A stretch of DNA of 64,000 nt from Squalus acanthias (lineage: Eukaryota). Each line of letters opens with the position of its first letter. Position 1 is the stretch's first letter. The notes under the pieces are model-generated. The model ran no database searches, was not told the DNA's origin, and saw nothing but the letters and a program-made list of their open reading frames with translations. A program made the translations under genes and the position numbers. Below are positions 1 to 13,377 of the stretch, in pieces. Where the stretch lies: NCBI GenBank assembly GCA_030390025.1, contig CM059432.1, positions 37,884,001-37,948,000 of the forward strand. The letters run 5' to 3'.

Positions 1-98
1 GACGATGCTCCCACGGCATTTCTTTTCAAAATGTTAAACACCGCCTGTGGTTTGGTAGCTCTTTGGTTAGAATCTGGATGCATTTTGGCAAAAGTTAA

Positions 99-310
99 CA
101 GCAACAACTTGCTTTAACGTAGTAAAACGTCCCAAGACACTTTACAGGAGCGTTATTAAACAAAATTTGACACCAAGCCACATAAGGAGATGTTACAGCT
201 GACCAAAAGCTTGGTTAAAGAGATAGGTTTTAAGGAGCGACTTAAGGAGGAGAGGGAAGTAGAGATGCGGAGAGTTTTAGGGAGGGAATTCCAGAGCTTA
301 AGGCCTGGAG
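99..310 (-). mobile_element. L2-like LINE 3' end fragment
   Basis: Reverse complement of the 3' tail on the L2 copies ending near 40090 and 63163 (cctgtgaagc...gggac/a.tttactacgttaaagg...gttgttgtt). Confidence 0.7.
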
Positions 311-724
311 TGACTAACTTTAGTGAGTTTATTAATGGAACAAGGTGGACAAATCCCAGATTAAATATGTATTTTAAATCATAAAAAGGACCTTCGGTCT
401 GTCTATAATTATCCTCTATGTAATTAAGTTAATGGGGCAGAACTCGCTCATAGTGTAAAAATTGCACAACCCACAATAATAATTCACTTTCCACATTATT
501 TGAATAGTTGTATTATAGTGCAGTTGCTACACGTCTGCAATGACTATCTGAATTCCGGCCGCCACCAAAAAGGTAAATTTGTTAAAAATACGTAACACGT
601 GGAGCCGGGAGGAGTGAGAGTGCTCCTTCTGACCTTCACTGCTGACCCCCGCCCCACTCCGATCATGACCTCCATTTCCTCCGACCGCCCCCACACCACC
701 CACCCCCCCCCCCCCACCGATCGC

Positions 725-840
725 CCTGAAATGTTAACTATTTTTCTCTCCACAGATGCTGCCTGACCTGCTGAGTATTTCTAGTATTTTCTGTTTTTAT
801 TTCAGATTTCCAGCATCCACAGTATTTGGCTTTTGTATTA
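725..840 (+). mobile_element. Penelope-like element terminal (pLTR) fragment
   Basis: ctgaaatgttaac...ctccacagatgctgcctgacctgctgagtatt...ttcagatttccagcatc. The same tail ends the GIY-YIG-bearing relic at 56450-57665 and recurs at 33685-33830. Confidence 0.55.
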
Positions 841-1074
841 AAAGATTGCTGCATGCTTTAGAACAGGGTTAGTCAAAAGAAATCAGCTGTTTATTATACT
901 AGATGGTGAAGAGCTTGTTCCAAGGCTGTAACTATGGGATTCAACCAGCATCATAAATCATAAGGTAAGGCAAACAAAAGGATATCGGAACCCTCAGCAT
1001 CATGGTCAAATACTCTCGGACAACTTGCATTTTAATGCAGCGGACACAGCCAGGGCTGTTTTCGTTTTGTTAAA

Positions 1075-2166
1075 GTGGGAAAGCAGCACTGGCTGGAGTC
1101 ATACCTTGCACAAAGGAAGATGGTTGAGGTGGTTGGAGGTCAATCATCTCAGCCCCAGGACATCGCTGCAGGAGTTCCTCAGAGCAGTGTCCTAGGCCCA
1201 ACCATCTTCAGCTGTTTCACCAATGACCTTCCCTCCATCATAAGGTCAGAAGTGGGGATGTTCGCTGATGATTGCACAGTGTTCAGTTCCATTCACAACT
1301 CCTCAGATAATGAAGCAATCCATGGCCGCATGCAGCAAGACCTGGACAACATTCAGGCTTGGGCTGTGTGGAATGTGGCAAGTAACATTCGTGCCACACA
1401 AGTGCCAGGTGCTGACTATCTCCAACAAGAGTCTAACCACTTCCCCCTGACATTCAACGGCATTGCCATCGCTGAATCCCCCACCATCAATATCCTGGGG
1501 GGTTACCACTGACCAGAAACTTAACTGGACCAGCCACATAAATACTGTGACAACAAGAGCAAGTCAGAGGCTGGGTATTCTGCGGCGAGTGTCTCACCTT
1601 CTGACTCCCCAAAGCCTTTCCACCATCTACAAGGCACAAGTAAGGAGTGTGATGGAATACTCTCCACTTGCCTAGATGAGTGCAGCTTCAACAACATTCA
1701 AGAAGCTCAACACCATCCAGGACAAAGCAGCCCGCTTGATTGGCACCCCATCCACCACCTTAAAAATTCACTCCCTCCACTACTGGCGCACTGTGGTTGC
1801 CGTGTGTACCATCTACAAGATGCACTGCAGCAAGTCGCCAAGGCTTCTTCGGCAGCACCTCCCAAACCCGCGACCTCTTCCACCTAGAAGGACAAGGGCA
1901 GCAGGCGCATGGGAACATCACCACCTCCAAGTTCCCCTCCAAGTTACACACCATCCTGACTTAAAAATTTATCGCCGTTCCTTCATTGTCGCTGGGTCAA
2001 AATCCTGGAACTCCCTCCCTAACAGCGCTGTGGGAGTACCTTCACCACATGGACTGCAGTGGTTCAAGGAGGCGGCTCACCACCACCTTCTCAAGGGCAA
2101 TTAGGGATGGGCAATAAATGCTGGCCTTGCCAGCGACGCCCACATCCCAGGAAGGAATAAAAAAAG
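1075..2166 (+). mobile_element. 5'-truncated non-LTR retrotransposon (CR1/L2 group), frameshifted RT C-terminus plus 3' tail
   Basis: GVPQSSVLGPTIF and MFADDCTV RT motifs spread over several frames. Ends gggatgggcaataaatgctggcc...aataaaaaaa. Confidence 0.9.
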
Positions 2167-3229
2167 TGACTGGACCTTGCAAACTCACTGCTTCTCTGTT
2201 GTTTCTGAGCAATGAAAAAGTTCACACAAGATTTTCGTCCCTTTGCAACTTTGATCGATCCCCACAATAACTAAGTATGCCTGCGGTTTCTGCTGATTCT
2301 CAGTGCCCGATTCACTGTAGCACCATGAAAAGATATAGATGGGTTTCCCCCTTTATTTTCCAAAAGGTAAAGTGCTGTGCCAATAAGATGATAAAGCATC
2401 AGGTAACAAGCACTCTGTACTGCTTTTTTCAGCAGACGGGCTCAGTTTAAAAAAAAACATATCTATTTATTGTAATGAGTTAACAGTAACTGTACTATGA
2501 AATCTTGCACTAAGCAAGGCAGGCTTGGTAGAAATTGATATGCTGTTTAACAGTCTATGTGGCCTTTTTTCTTCCATGCACCAATTTTCTCTCCATATGG
2601 GCTTTCATCTTTGCATAGCCTCTCTTGGCTAACAGGACAGTCCAAACCACAGACATCTCCAAGGCCACCATTAACCAGATAAAGGTTTGTACTAGTTCAT
2701 ACCTCCTTTTCCCAGTCAAAATGCCTCAACAGAAAAAGCAGATTCACACAGCAGGCAGGTCTGGGGCTAAACAATAGCACAATTTGGTTGAAAGCTCAGT
2801 ATTTTTGATGCTGATTCACGAGAGCATAATATCGGCTAATTAGTAAAATAAGGTATTTTGCATCCAATAAATGACCTAGTGGCAAAGCAAACACTATCAA
2901 GCACAGTAGACCTGCCCTAAAACAGGTTTTGAATACAAAAAGGTGGTACAGTGAGAACTGGGTTATGGAGAGGATGTTTCATATAGGTTCTCCATAAATA
3001 GTAGGACAACTGTATAATTTTGAATGAAGGTTACTTTGAAAGATTGTGGTATAGTAACTGGTTAAGGACTGCATTATAATGAATGGCAGCTAAATAAGGT
3101 GGTGTCAGATCGGAGAGGATAGGGCGGTTGTGTGCATCAATTGTTCTGTGAGATGAGTTATCATGCTCTACCATCGGTTAACACTCTACTAAACAAAACC
3201 ACCAAATGTGCAGAGTTTCATTTCCATAC

Positions 3230-3323
3230 CTTTGTAAACAGTGTCCATACACCATATCGCTCTGTGGACAGATAACTCTTCACCTTTACAGAGACCAGCA
3301 GCAGGGTCACCCCCAGAATTCCA
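3230..3323 (-). CDS. TMEM241: TMEM241 exon (94 nt; [S]GILGVTLLLVSVKVKSYLSTERYGVWTLFTK)
   Basis: Acceptor tgtctctctttatttAG, donor GTatgg; phase 2-0. Same length as, and similar to, human GFLGFFLMFSTVKLKNLLAPGQCAAWIFFAK (recalled). Confidence 0.9.
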
Positions 3324-3529
3324 CTAAATAAAGAGAGACAGTACTTACTACATCAGAAATCCTTTCATTTTACACAGAACACTGAATGTGGCACAATATT
3401 AATTTGTTAATGTACAACTCTTTATGAATTTGATGGCAAAAGAAACAAACCACTAAAATGTTAGCCTCAGCTAAGCTTGGTCGAACCAAAACCAAATCTA
3501 CTTAAACTCTCTACTTGAGCTCTATCCAT

Positions 3530-3890
3530 CACCTAATGGAGGAAGCCATCGCCCGATGTAGTACGGAGCTATACAGACCAAAAGTTAGCAGGTTCGATTC
3601 CAGCTATCGGCAGAGCACTGAGGGGCATTATTTGGGGCCCTACAACAGACTTAAGCATTAGAACAAGAAAGATCTGTCAGGGCTCCGGGTCGTATCATTA
3701 CCCAGCGACCCTGGTGGAAAACGTACGTGTGCTGAGATCAAGTGGGGACAGGATTGGGCTTAGCTCTGAGGCTTTCAATGATCAAATAGCCAGCCAACCT
3801 TCCTAACTAAAGCTCACACATCAAGAATGGCCACTTTGGTGAGTTAATGGAGCATGTGGAACCATATCCCCAGCAATTGGGTCTTTAAAA
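3530..3890 (+). mobile_element. Old tRNA-head SINE (family also at 28728-29130, 33120-33510, 49980-50335 on +; 34770-34980, 53890-54245 on -)
   Basis: B-box-like ggttcgattcc, plus blocks shared across copies (caggattggg; caaatagcc...ctcacacatgaagaatggccactt). Confidence 0.6.
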
Positions 3891-6800
3891 GAGATGAGAA
3901 AATTGGGGAAAAAAATTACTACTTAAACCTAGTAAAGAGGCAGCATCGGTTCTATGGCTGATTGCGGAGGAAATGTTGAGCATACATTACAGAAGGTCAA
4001 GATTTTAAAATAGCTTATGCAAAAACACTTAAAAGAACCTGTGTGGGATGTACAAACATGAAAGAATTTCCACATGAATAGGCTTTTTGGAAAATAAATC
4101 ATGCACTTGCTTAGGTTAAGATTACTAAGGAAATGCTATGCCAAATAATGAAAACCTATGCTGCAGAATCCAGAAGTAATATGCTTGACCGACAAACTTA
4201 TTTTCAGCACTTTCTGAATGTATATTGTATTTGATTTAGTTTTGGATATGAAACTAAATCAACTAACAGTTTAAAATTGCTTTTAGAAATCTTTGCAGGC
4301 TACATCACTCCACGACACCCCTCCATGGTTGGTTGGAGCTGCAAGGACACCTGTAGCTTTAGTGGCCCCAAATGAACAAGGCATGCCTGCAGAGTTCATC
4401 GCATTACTCTCTGGCTTGAGCGCATGTTCTCACTGAAGCTCTGCCCTTTGCTGCAGTGATTGGAGCAGAGGGGTTCGTCGGTGCCTCTGCGTTATGAGGA
4501 CTGGTTGCCTGTGCCGTCAATCTCACAGTTCCTCCAACTACCAACTTGAAATACAAGGAAATGGAGAGTCCTCGTGCTGCAGATGATCGGCATAAGCCCA
4601 CTGAATGGACCAAGTTAACTGTTCTACAGGGCTTTCAGCCAAGAACATTTTTAATTGGAGCCAAAAATCAACTTCCAGGCTCCAGTTTACCCACCTGAGT
4701 ACTGTGCTCATTAAATACGAGTAAATTCTTCCACTATCATTTTTACTTAAATTTATGGAATATGGTTAAATTCTCCCTCTGGCCTTTAGAAAAGCTATGA
4801 CAAAAAAAAAATGACGTGTCAATTGTTTTTTGGGAAGTCATTTAAAAAAGACTTGTAAATTGGTCCCTTTGTAAAATACAATTTCTCTATGGCTTCCAAA
4901 GACAGCATTCTAAAAGGGTGGAGCGGAGCTCTGCTATGTTAAATAAAAAGGCTGGTTACTGCCAGAAACTATGAAGTACTTTTTTTTCCCCAAGAGAACT
5001 CTGAAGAAAGAAAGAAAAGCACACAAAATGTGTTGTGGAGTCTGTAAATATTATTGAGGAATATTTCCTGTCAGCAAAACTCAGCTGCTACCAAAAGAAG
5101 AAGTGAGAATCGGCAAGAGAACAGAGTTCTGCCAGTGCCGCCACCATTTCTCGACGGTGCGCTTCACCCAGTGTTTGAAATGGAAATCGTTCTCACTGCT
5201 TACTTTCCCCTCCGATTTAATTTGTCTCATGGTTCTAGCTATTTCTCACCACCGGATTGGGACTCAATTGTTGAAATATTGTTGCAAATAAAGGAAGGAT
5301 TTTGTTTTTGGACACTAGACTGGGACAAGACAAGTGGTTTTTCACCTGCCATCTTTTCTCCCTTTCTTTAGGTCCCACAACACCATTGGCTTGGATGAGA
5401 TCAAAATCTTCCCAGTGGAAGAATCGCAGGCACAAGTCTATGTCAAACCAAACTATTTTGTGAGCATTGCTAATCTGCAGACACAGAAGGACCTGGATTC
5501 TGCAGACCTGGTTCTATGGGCAGTTGTGTCAAGGGGCCAGTGACTGTGGCAATAGGGCAGTGAACATGGATAGTCAACACGAGTTAGAACATGGAAAGAC
5601 CTTCCCCTTTAATCCACATAACAGATGCAGCTTCCTGCTTTTAACCATGTTTATGTTTTTGACACAAGGCCATTCCTCAGATTCTTATTGGTGACTGAAA
5701 ATCTCACACCTACAATTTGCCTAAATTTGGCAGCCATGCCTCTAAGACACAGTCTTGAATCTACCCAAGAATAAGGGGATGAATCTCTTCAGTCTCTCTG
5801 CTGGTCCTACACGAAATGCATTTGGGAATTTTATGCTGAGCTGATACCAGTTGAGGCCTGGAATAGGTCTCTTAGTCCCACATGTCTGCTTGGCTCATTA
5901 GTTAGGGACACGGCTAGTTAACAAAAAAAAAAATTCATTTATTTGGGTCAATATTTTGACAACTGAGTCATGACCCTTTCATGAGAGATTGCCACAACTA
6001 TGAGACAGAGTAAATCAACGGAGGGAAAAAAGCAGTGAAAATGATCTGCATTCACAAATGGAGCATAGATTCACAGCACAAAACTGCCTACAGTTTGGAA
6101 ATAAATATAAAATCTCACTAAGTAGCCATAGAGGTGACTGGTGTTGTGAGTGTAAAAGTTCACTACAAAGCATTAGGGGGTACCAGTGTGAATTGGGGAT
6201 TAAGGTACATTGTTGGGAGTTTAACTTGGCAGCTATACTTAATTTGTGAAAACTTGAAGCTGATACTCGGTGACAATAGAAAAAATGTTTCATTCTTCAC
6301 CACTTAAATCTTTCAACTTAATAAGCACAGTTCACTACAAAACCAAACAAAAGCACTACACACTGGTCTCCTGGTGAACAGGGTAATTGTAATGATTTGT
6401 TTTTAATACATTTTGATTCAACCAATTTTCTTAAATTCTATTCATTTCATAAAAAAACCATAGGTTAACTGTAGACCAACAGTAATTCTCCTTGTTGGAT
6501 GCTGCTACAGCAAACAAAAAAAAAAATCGATGCTCTTCTCTCCCCACCATTAAAAACCTCATAAATATGTTTCTTTTCAGTCACCTCTCCCAACTTTTCT
6601 GCTACTGCTCAGCGCCAGTGTTTAACTGGAAGTACCTTGGAACATTTATGAAAGGCAATATATAAACATCAGCCTTTGTTGCTGCTCATTGGCCAGTGAG
6701 AGAACGCAAGGGAAGGCTATTAAGCAGTTCAGGGCCATCCCAGCATCTGTACAGCGAGTATTTAAAGTACAGGGCCTGCAGATTTTCTTGTTTTCCTTTT

Positions 6801-7271
6801 CCTGTGGGAAAGGGTTTGGCTTTCATTCCATAATTGCCTAGCGTAACAGGTTTGGAAATCTGAAGTCCTGTATGTGGAGAACTGCGGATGCCGACCGTCA
6901 CGGCACGGCGCACTGCATCTGACCAATCCTGAGAGAAGCCCTTGATCAATGGTGCCTGCTCCCCGCTATTGGTTGCAGCCTCCAGCTGCCTTGGAATCTA
7001 TTCTCTAGAACTTCCTTCCCAAACCCCTTCACCTGTAAAAACCTTCTCAAAAACTTTTTCTCCCCAAGCAAGCTTTTGTTCACCCCATCTAATCTCTCTC
7101 TCTCTCTCTCTCCATGGCATGATATCTATTCCCTTGTTCTCTATAAAGCATCGTGGTATTTTTTCTACCTTAAAGGTACTACATAAATGCAAATGATTGT
7201 TCTCTGCACACACCAGTATGATTTCTGCCTTCTCCAGCACTCGGCGGCAGAACCACCACTTTACAGTCATA

Positions 7272-7939
7272 GGGCTGGATTTTGATACTGGGGCGGGCTG
7301 GGGTCGTGTCATCCACTTTTCGTGTTATCCACCCGACTGCAATTGGATGTGGGAGATTGATGCGATTTTAACCTAATTGGGCAATTGAGTTCCAGCATGT
7401 GGGAACCCATGACCCAATTAGTGTTTTTAGTCTGAAAGTCGCCTCTGATGTCATCATTGCTGCTGCATTGAAGGTCTGCAAAGACTGCCTGGCCTTTGCT
7501 GTGAGAGGACCTGGATGCAAAATGAGCAGCAGCCCTAAGTCTGCTCCCAGATATTTTTCCACCACCACTCCCAGGTATGTCTATTATTCCTCCTCCTCCT
7601 CCTCTCACATCTCCGTTGTAATAGTGGACCTGCAGCTGATAGTCAGCTATCCAAATGTGCTCCCGCCAGGTTTCACATTCGTGGTTCAGAACAGGCGTAC
7701 TTCACGTAGAAAAAGGGTTAAAATCACAAAGGCCTTTCAAAATGGCATTATAGAGGCAATTTAGTGCTTGTTAAGGGCCTTAACAGCCTATCCCGCCTCT
7801 TAGAGGCGGGACGGAGTCGGGACCAGCAGACACGATTTAATGAAAATTGCGTGGAGGCGGGCTTGTGCTCGCCCGCCAGTTTTCGCAATTTTAACTCCCA
7901 CTCCAAACCCACCTCCACGGGTCAATGAAAATCCAGCCC
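7272..7939. mobile_element. Non-autonomous PIF/Harbinger-type MITE
   Basis: TIRs gggctggatttt...aaaatccagccc and 3-bp TSD ATA/ATA. A highly similar inverted copy lies at 19348-20004. Confidence 0.88.
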
Positions 7940-7942
7940 ATA

Positions 7943-9120
7943 GAGTCATAACGGCACACCTTCAGGGACCTATGCACATTAACTCCCAGGTCCCTCTGTC
8001 CCTGCACACTCTAAAACTGTGCCATTAAGTGCATATTGCCTCTCCCTGTTCCTTCTGCCAAAATGCATCACCTCACACTTCTCTCTATTAAATTCCATCT
8101 GCCACTTGTCTGCCCATTCTGCTAGCCTTTCTATGTCCTGTTGCAGCCGATTGGTATCATCCTCACTGTTTGCCACACCCCCAAGTTTGGTGTCATCGGC
8201 AAATTTAGAAATTCTACTCTGTATTCCAATATCCAGGTCATTTATATATATCAAAAAAAACAGTGGCCCCAGCACTGACCCTTGGGGAACACCACTGTCT
8301 GCCATCCTCCAGTCTGAAAAACAGCCATTTACCACAACTCGCTGTTTTCTGTCCTTAAGCCAATTCCTTATCCAAGCTGCCACTGACCCACCTATTCCAT
8401 AAGCCTCAATTTTGTTAACCAGCCTTCTATGTGGTACTTTGTCAAACGCCTTCTGAAAATCCATGTAGACAACATCCATTGCAACCCCTTCATCAAAAAA
8501 ATCAATTAGATTAGTCAAAAACATGATCTGCCTTTTACAAATCCGTATTGGCGCTCCTTAATTAGCTTAAACCTCTCCAAGTGCTCGTTAATATTTTCCT
8601 TGATTGTTTCTAAAACTTTACCCACCACTGATGTTAAACTGACCAGCCTGTAGTTACTAGGATTGTCCTTACACCTTTTCTTGAACAATGGTGTCACATT
8701 TACCACTTTCCAATCCTCAGGCACCTCCCCCACATCTAGGGAAGATTGGAAAATTATGGCAAGCCCTTCCGCTATATCCTCCCCCAATTCCCTTAGCAAC
8801 CTGGGATGCAAGCTATCTGGACCAGGCGACTTATCCACTCTAAGCATACCCAGCCATTCTAGTACATCCTGTCTATCAATTTTCACCCCTTCCATTGCTT
8901 CTACCTTTTCCACTGCTACTGATATTTTGTCAGCATCCACCTCCTTAGTAAACACCAATACAAAGTACTCATTGAGTATTCTAGCCTTGCCCTGCGCCTC
9001 TAAGCATATAATACCTTCTTTATTGCTAATAGGCCCCATCCGGCTTCTTACTACCCGCTTACTGTTAACATGCCGGTAGAAGATTTTTGGGCTCCCTTTT
9101 ATGTTAACCACCATTCTATG
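7943..9120 (-). mobile_element. CR1 LINE fragment (RT), internally deleted
   Basis: [22 protein letters not shown] and KFADDTKL motifs; frameshifts. Closely similar to 43003-44538. Confidence 0.93.
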
Positions 9121-9231
9121 TGTGATAGCCCATTGTTCTTAAGATCAATGGCTATCAGTAATTAACCCCAGTTTCTGTTTGAACTGGGTAGCTCAAGTCA
9201 GTTGAGCACCTGACTCAAACTTGAAAGACCT

Positions 9232-9957
9232 GGGGGGCAAAATTCGGTTGCTTTGTGCCTCCAGTTAGCGGAGGGCGCTAATGGGGCGCAAAGCAATTAG
9301 CGCCCAGGCGCGGCACCGCTAACGCCTCCCGTGAAATTCAGCAGGAGGTTAGCGGCGGTGGTAACCGGTAGTGCCCCGCGGCGCTGCGCCTCTGACGATG
9401 ATGTCATCGCAGTGCGCAGCACCCCGGCTGCAAACTTCCATAGCGCCCCGACTTACCGCCGGACACTATGTGCGACAGGGTCGGGGGGCGTACGTGCGGC
9501 CGGGGCGGCGCAAATTAAAGGGGAGATGCCGGGCGGCCATTTTTGTTGCTAGCCGCCTGCCAGCACCTGCCCCCTTTACCGCCACCGGCCTTCTACGCAG
9601 CCCCCCCATGGGGTGCCGGCTGCGCTCCGTCAGCCCGGCACTAGTGCCGGGCTCGTTTGCCGGCACCCCAATCCCTGGTGGCCCAGCTGGGCCCTGGGTC
9701 GTGCTGCGCAAGGCCCCTCCCCTTTAATAAGGGGAGGAAGACCTGCAGTACCACGGCGCGACATGCCACCGCGCCGTGATATTCCCTGGTAGCGCCCCAA
9801 GAGGGAGGGGGAGCGCTTCCAGTAGCGCCCTGCCTCCCTCTTGGGGCGCTACCAGTGAATTTCAGGCGCGGGGATGCTAACTTTTCCGGGGCGCTAAAAG
9901 TAGATAAAAGCAGCAAAGATAGTGCCCCAAAGGGGGCGCGATCGAATTTTCCCCCCC
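9232..9957. mobile_element. GC-rich MITE (probably Harbinger-type)
   Basis: TIRs ggggggcaaaattcg...cgaattttccccccc with internal repeated agcgccc/ggcgcta motifs. No clean TSD. Confidence 0.7.
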
Positions 9958-10002
9958 TGGACTTTGAATCCCAAAAGGGTTCCCTCAGCCTTTCAAGGTG
10001 GA

Positions 10003-11350
10003 TAATGCAGGACATAATTCATTGGCCTTTGGAAAAGTATGGGCTGATAACTGAAAGTCAGCACGAATTTGTTAAAGGCAAATCTTGTTTGACCAACTTG
10101 ATTAAGTTCTTTGATGAAGTAATGGAGAGTGTTGATGAGGGAAGTATGGAGAGTGTTGATGAGGGTAGTGCAGTTGGTGTGTAAGTGGACTTTCAAAAGG
10201 CATTTGATAAAGTACCACATAATAGACTTGTTAACAAACTTAAAGCCCACCTAAAGGGACAGTGGCAGCATTGATACAAAATTTCCTCAGGGACAGAAAG
10301 CAGAGAGTAGTGAACAATTGTTTTTCAGACTGGAGGGAAGTATACAGTGGTGTTCCCCAGGGGTCGGTATTAGGACCATTGCTCTTTTTGATATACATTA
10401 ATGACCTGGACTTGGGTATACAGAGCATCATTTCAAAGTTTGCTGATGACATGAAACTCGGAAATGTAGTAAAGTGAGGAGAATCGTAACAGACTTCAGG
10501 AGGACAAACAGACTGGTGACATGAGCAGACACATGGCATATAAAATTTAACGTAAAGTAGTGTGAAGTGATACATTTTGGTAGGAAGAATGAGGAGAGAC
10601 AATATAAATGAAATGGTACAATTTTAAAGGGGGTGCAGGAACAGGGAGACCTGGGGGTGTATGTACACAAGTCTTTGAAGGTGGCAGGACAAGTTGAGAA
10701 GGCTGTTAAAAAAGTATATGGGATCCTTGGTTTTATTAATAGAGGAATAGAGTACAAAATCAAGGAAGTTATGCTAAACCTTTATAAAATGCTGGTTAGG
10801 CCTTAGCTGGAGTACTGTGTTCAATTCTGGGCACCACACTTTAGGAAGGATGTCAAGGCCTTAGGGTGCAGAAGAGATTTACTAGAATGGTACCAGGGAT
10901 GAGGGATTTCAGTTATGTGGAGACTGGAGAAACTGGGGTTGTTCTCCTTAAAGCAGAGAAGGTTAAAGGGAGATTTAATAGAGGTGTTCAAAATCATGAA
11001 TGGTTTTGATAGAGTAAGGAGATACTGTTTCCAATGGCAGAAGGGTCAGTAACTAGAGGACACAGATTTAAGGTGATTTGTAAAAGAACCAGAGGCGACA
11101 TGAGGAAACATTTTTTTTTAAACGAGAGAGTAATTATGATCTGGAATGCACTGCCTGAAAGGATGGTGGAAGCAGATCCAATAGTAACATTCAAAAGGGA
11201 ATTGGATAAATACTTGAAGGGAAAAAAATACAGGGCTATGAGGAAAGAGCAAGGGAGTGGGACTAATTGGAGAGCTCTTTCAAAAAGCCGGCACAGGCAC
11301 GATGGGCCGAATGGCCTCCTTCTGTGCTGTATCATACTATAATACTATGA
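10003..11350 (+). mobile_element. 5'-truncated CR1 LINE
   Basis: [19 protein letters not shown] and KFADD motifs. 3' end gggccgaatggcctccttctgtgctgtatcatacta. Confidence 0.93.
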
Positions 11351-11889
11351 AAATGAGTTTTAGTATGTGGGGTGGGGGGGGGGGGAAGAGAAAACAGGAG
11401 ACCGCACAGTGCTTGCCAGCCGACCGCTGTATCAGCCCTCAAGAGACAATTGATCAGCAATGGAAGTAGAGATCAGCATTGCATCCAGTTGACTGTAGAT
11501 GCATATTCATGCTCAGGCAACTCGACTGCATTTCTTCTGTGACTTGTGATCCAGTTCCAGGCACTTTAAGCTATGTGACATTTTATTCACTCCAGTTGAT
11601 TTGGAAGAAGCTGATAAGTCAGAAGTGATTCAGGTTTGCTGAAAAGGATTTTACACAAATTTTCCATGTATAGTAAACCTAAGTAAACTCTTCAGAATGA
11701 TGGGCTGAATGGCCTCCTTCTGTGCTGTATCTTTTTATGATTTTCTTCCTTCCCCATATTACCAAAAAGACACACTTTTTTTTAATATATCAGATATAAT
11801 AGAGGAAAGGCCACAATTAAAGTATCACTAGTAATAATTTTCATAATCTCCACAGTATGTTCAAAGAAAACACAGAAACACTAAGTTCT

Positions 11890-12471
11890 AGATCCCACTG
11901 CATGCGGTTTGCAAGCGCCCCTGGCGACCCAATCAAAGAAGGGAATCCCCCTTCATACTTTTGACCGTTCTCTATGTACAGAACTGTCAAAAGTATGAAT
12001 GGGGATCACATTTAAAAACATACTAAAATATTTTTTTTTTTTAAATTACATAATTAAAATTCCATTTAATTAAATATTTTAAAAAAAATTAAATTTGAAA
12101 AAAAAAATGAAATGTTTTTATGGGGCTAAAAATAAACTTACCTTTTTGAAGAGTATTTTTAATTTATAAGTGAGTTATCAAATTTAATTTTTCTATTTTT
12201 CAACACTTTTAAGCTGGTAAAAGCAGGCCTTACCGCCTGCTTTTACCAGGCGTAAGAATTCTATGGCCTTTCAGCGGGCGGAAGTTGTGCAAAAAGTGCA
12301 ACTCTCCACCCGCAGAGGCACTTTTCCCGGACAGGCGGATGATCTGTCAAGAGGATTCTTGACAGATCGCAAGTGCCGGGTTTTAGCGCATGCGCTTCGC
12401 ATGCCTGAAAGCGGCACTCGCGAGGCCCCTACGGGTGCATACACACCCGTGGAGGTCGGAAAATCCAGCCC
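11890..12471. mobile_element. Partial Harbinger-type MITE (related shorter copy at 37832-38078)
   Basis: Right TIR ggaaaatccagccc; internal hairpins. 12255-12471 is homologous to the reverse complement of 37832-38050. Confidence 0.65.
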
Positions 12472-12555
12472 ATTGTATATGAAAATAGCAGAACCTATTT
12501 GTGAAAGAACCAATGTGCCAATGTTGACTGAGGAAGATAACAGATTGTGTATTAC

Positions 12556-12625
12556 CTTGCGCAACAGCCACTATGAAATCGGTAAGAGTGGAGGAATGGG
12601 AACTCCAAGGCACCGAGTGCATCAC
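12556..12625 (-). CDS. TMEM241: TMEM241 exon (70 nt; [G]DALGALEFPFLHSYRFHSGCCA[S])
   Basis: Acceptor ttttcctttttgctctcAG, donor GTaata; phase 1-2. Matches human GDLFSVLDFPFLYFYRFHGSCCAS (recalled). Confidence 0.94.
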
Positions 12626-13377
12626 CTGAGAGCAAAAAGGAAAACTTTGTCAAAACAGTGTGTAGATATTCAAGCCTTTATATCAATACTACTCTCATTA
12701 AATAATGGATTTATAATGAGACAAGAATTTGCTGCCACAGTGCACCAAATTAACTATTTTCTTTGATCCATGAGAAATGCACAATGGAAATAGATCATTG
12801 GACACATTCTGGATGAGGCTTTTATTGCTGCTATTGTGTAGCACAAAACTGAACATTCAAAATGTAGAATGTGGGTGTCTTTTGATACATGTTATTACAG
12901 GGATACGAGTTAAGAACAGAACTACAAAAGGGAGCTACTACTACTGCACATTTTGTCTGATATTGTTGTAATTTTACATGTCCTGGGGATGAATCAAAAT
13001 TGAAACGGGTGCAAGAAAACACCAGGGCCCAGAATCAGGCCGAACATGTTGGGTGAAGTGTAGACTCCCCGTACACTGCCTCATTTCAGAACATCCCTCT
13101 GCTACACCAATGCAATTGGTCTGTTTTCTAGGCCCTTTATTTATGGAGTGAGATCTCTTAACTACTGCCAGATTACAGAAGGGTTTGTGTTGTGAACTTG
13201 TGCCCGCTAAGATTGGAACAGAGACTGCCCGCTCCCATTTGATTCAGGGGTTAGAGTTTCTGCTTTGCGCGAAATCGGGCGCAAATTATGCTTGAAATCA
13301 CGCTATTTATCCAATGCGAAGTTATGGCTCAAGTTACCACCCAAACTCATTTGCATATAGCCAAATACAAGATTTAC

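Noticed and set aside
903..964. + strand AG...GTAAG exon-like segment
   Set aside because: Stops in all three frames, weak pyrimidine tract, no partner exons.
9232..9957. CpG-island promoter
   Set aside because: The CpG-rich stretch is bounded exactly by terminal inverted repeats, so it is a young MITE.
10122..10169. Short local duplications (24 bp here; 19 bp near 34888-34930)
   Set aside because: Ordinary slippage duplications inside dead repeats.
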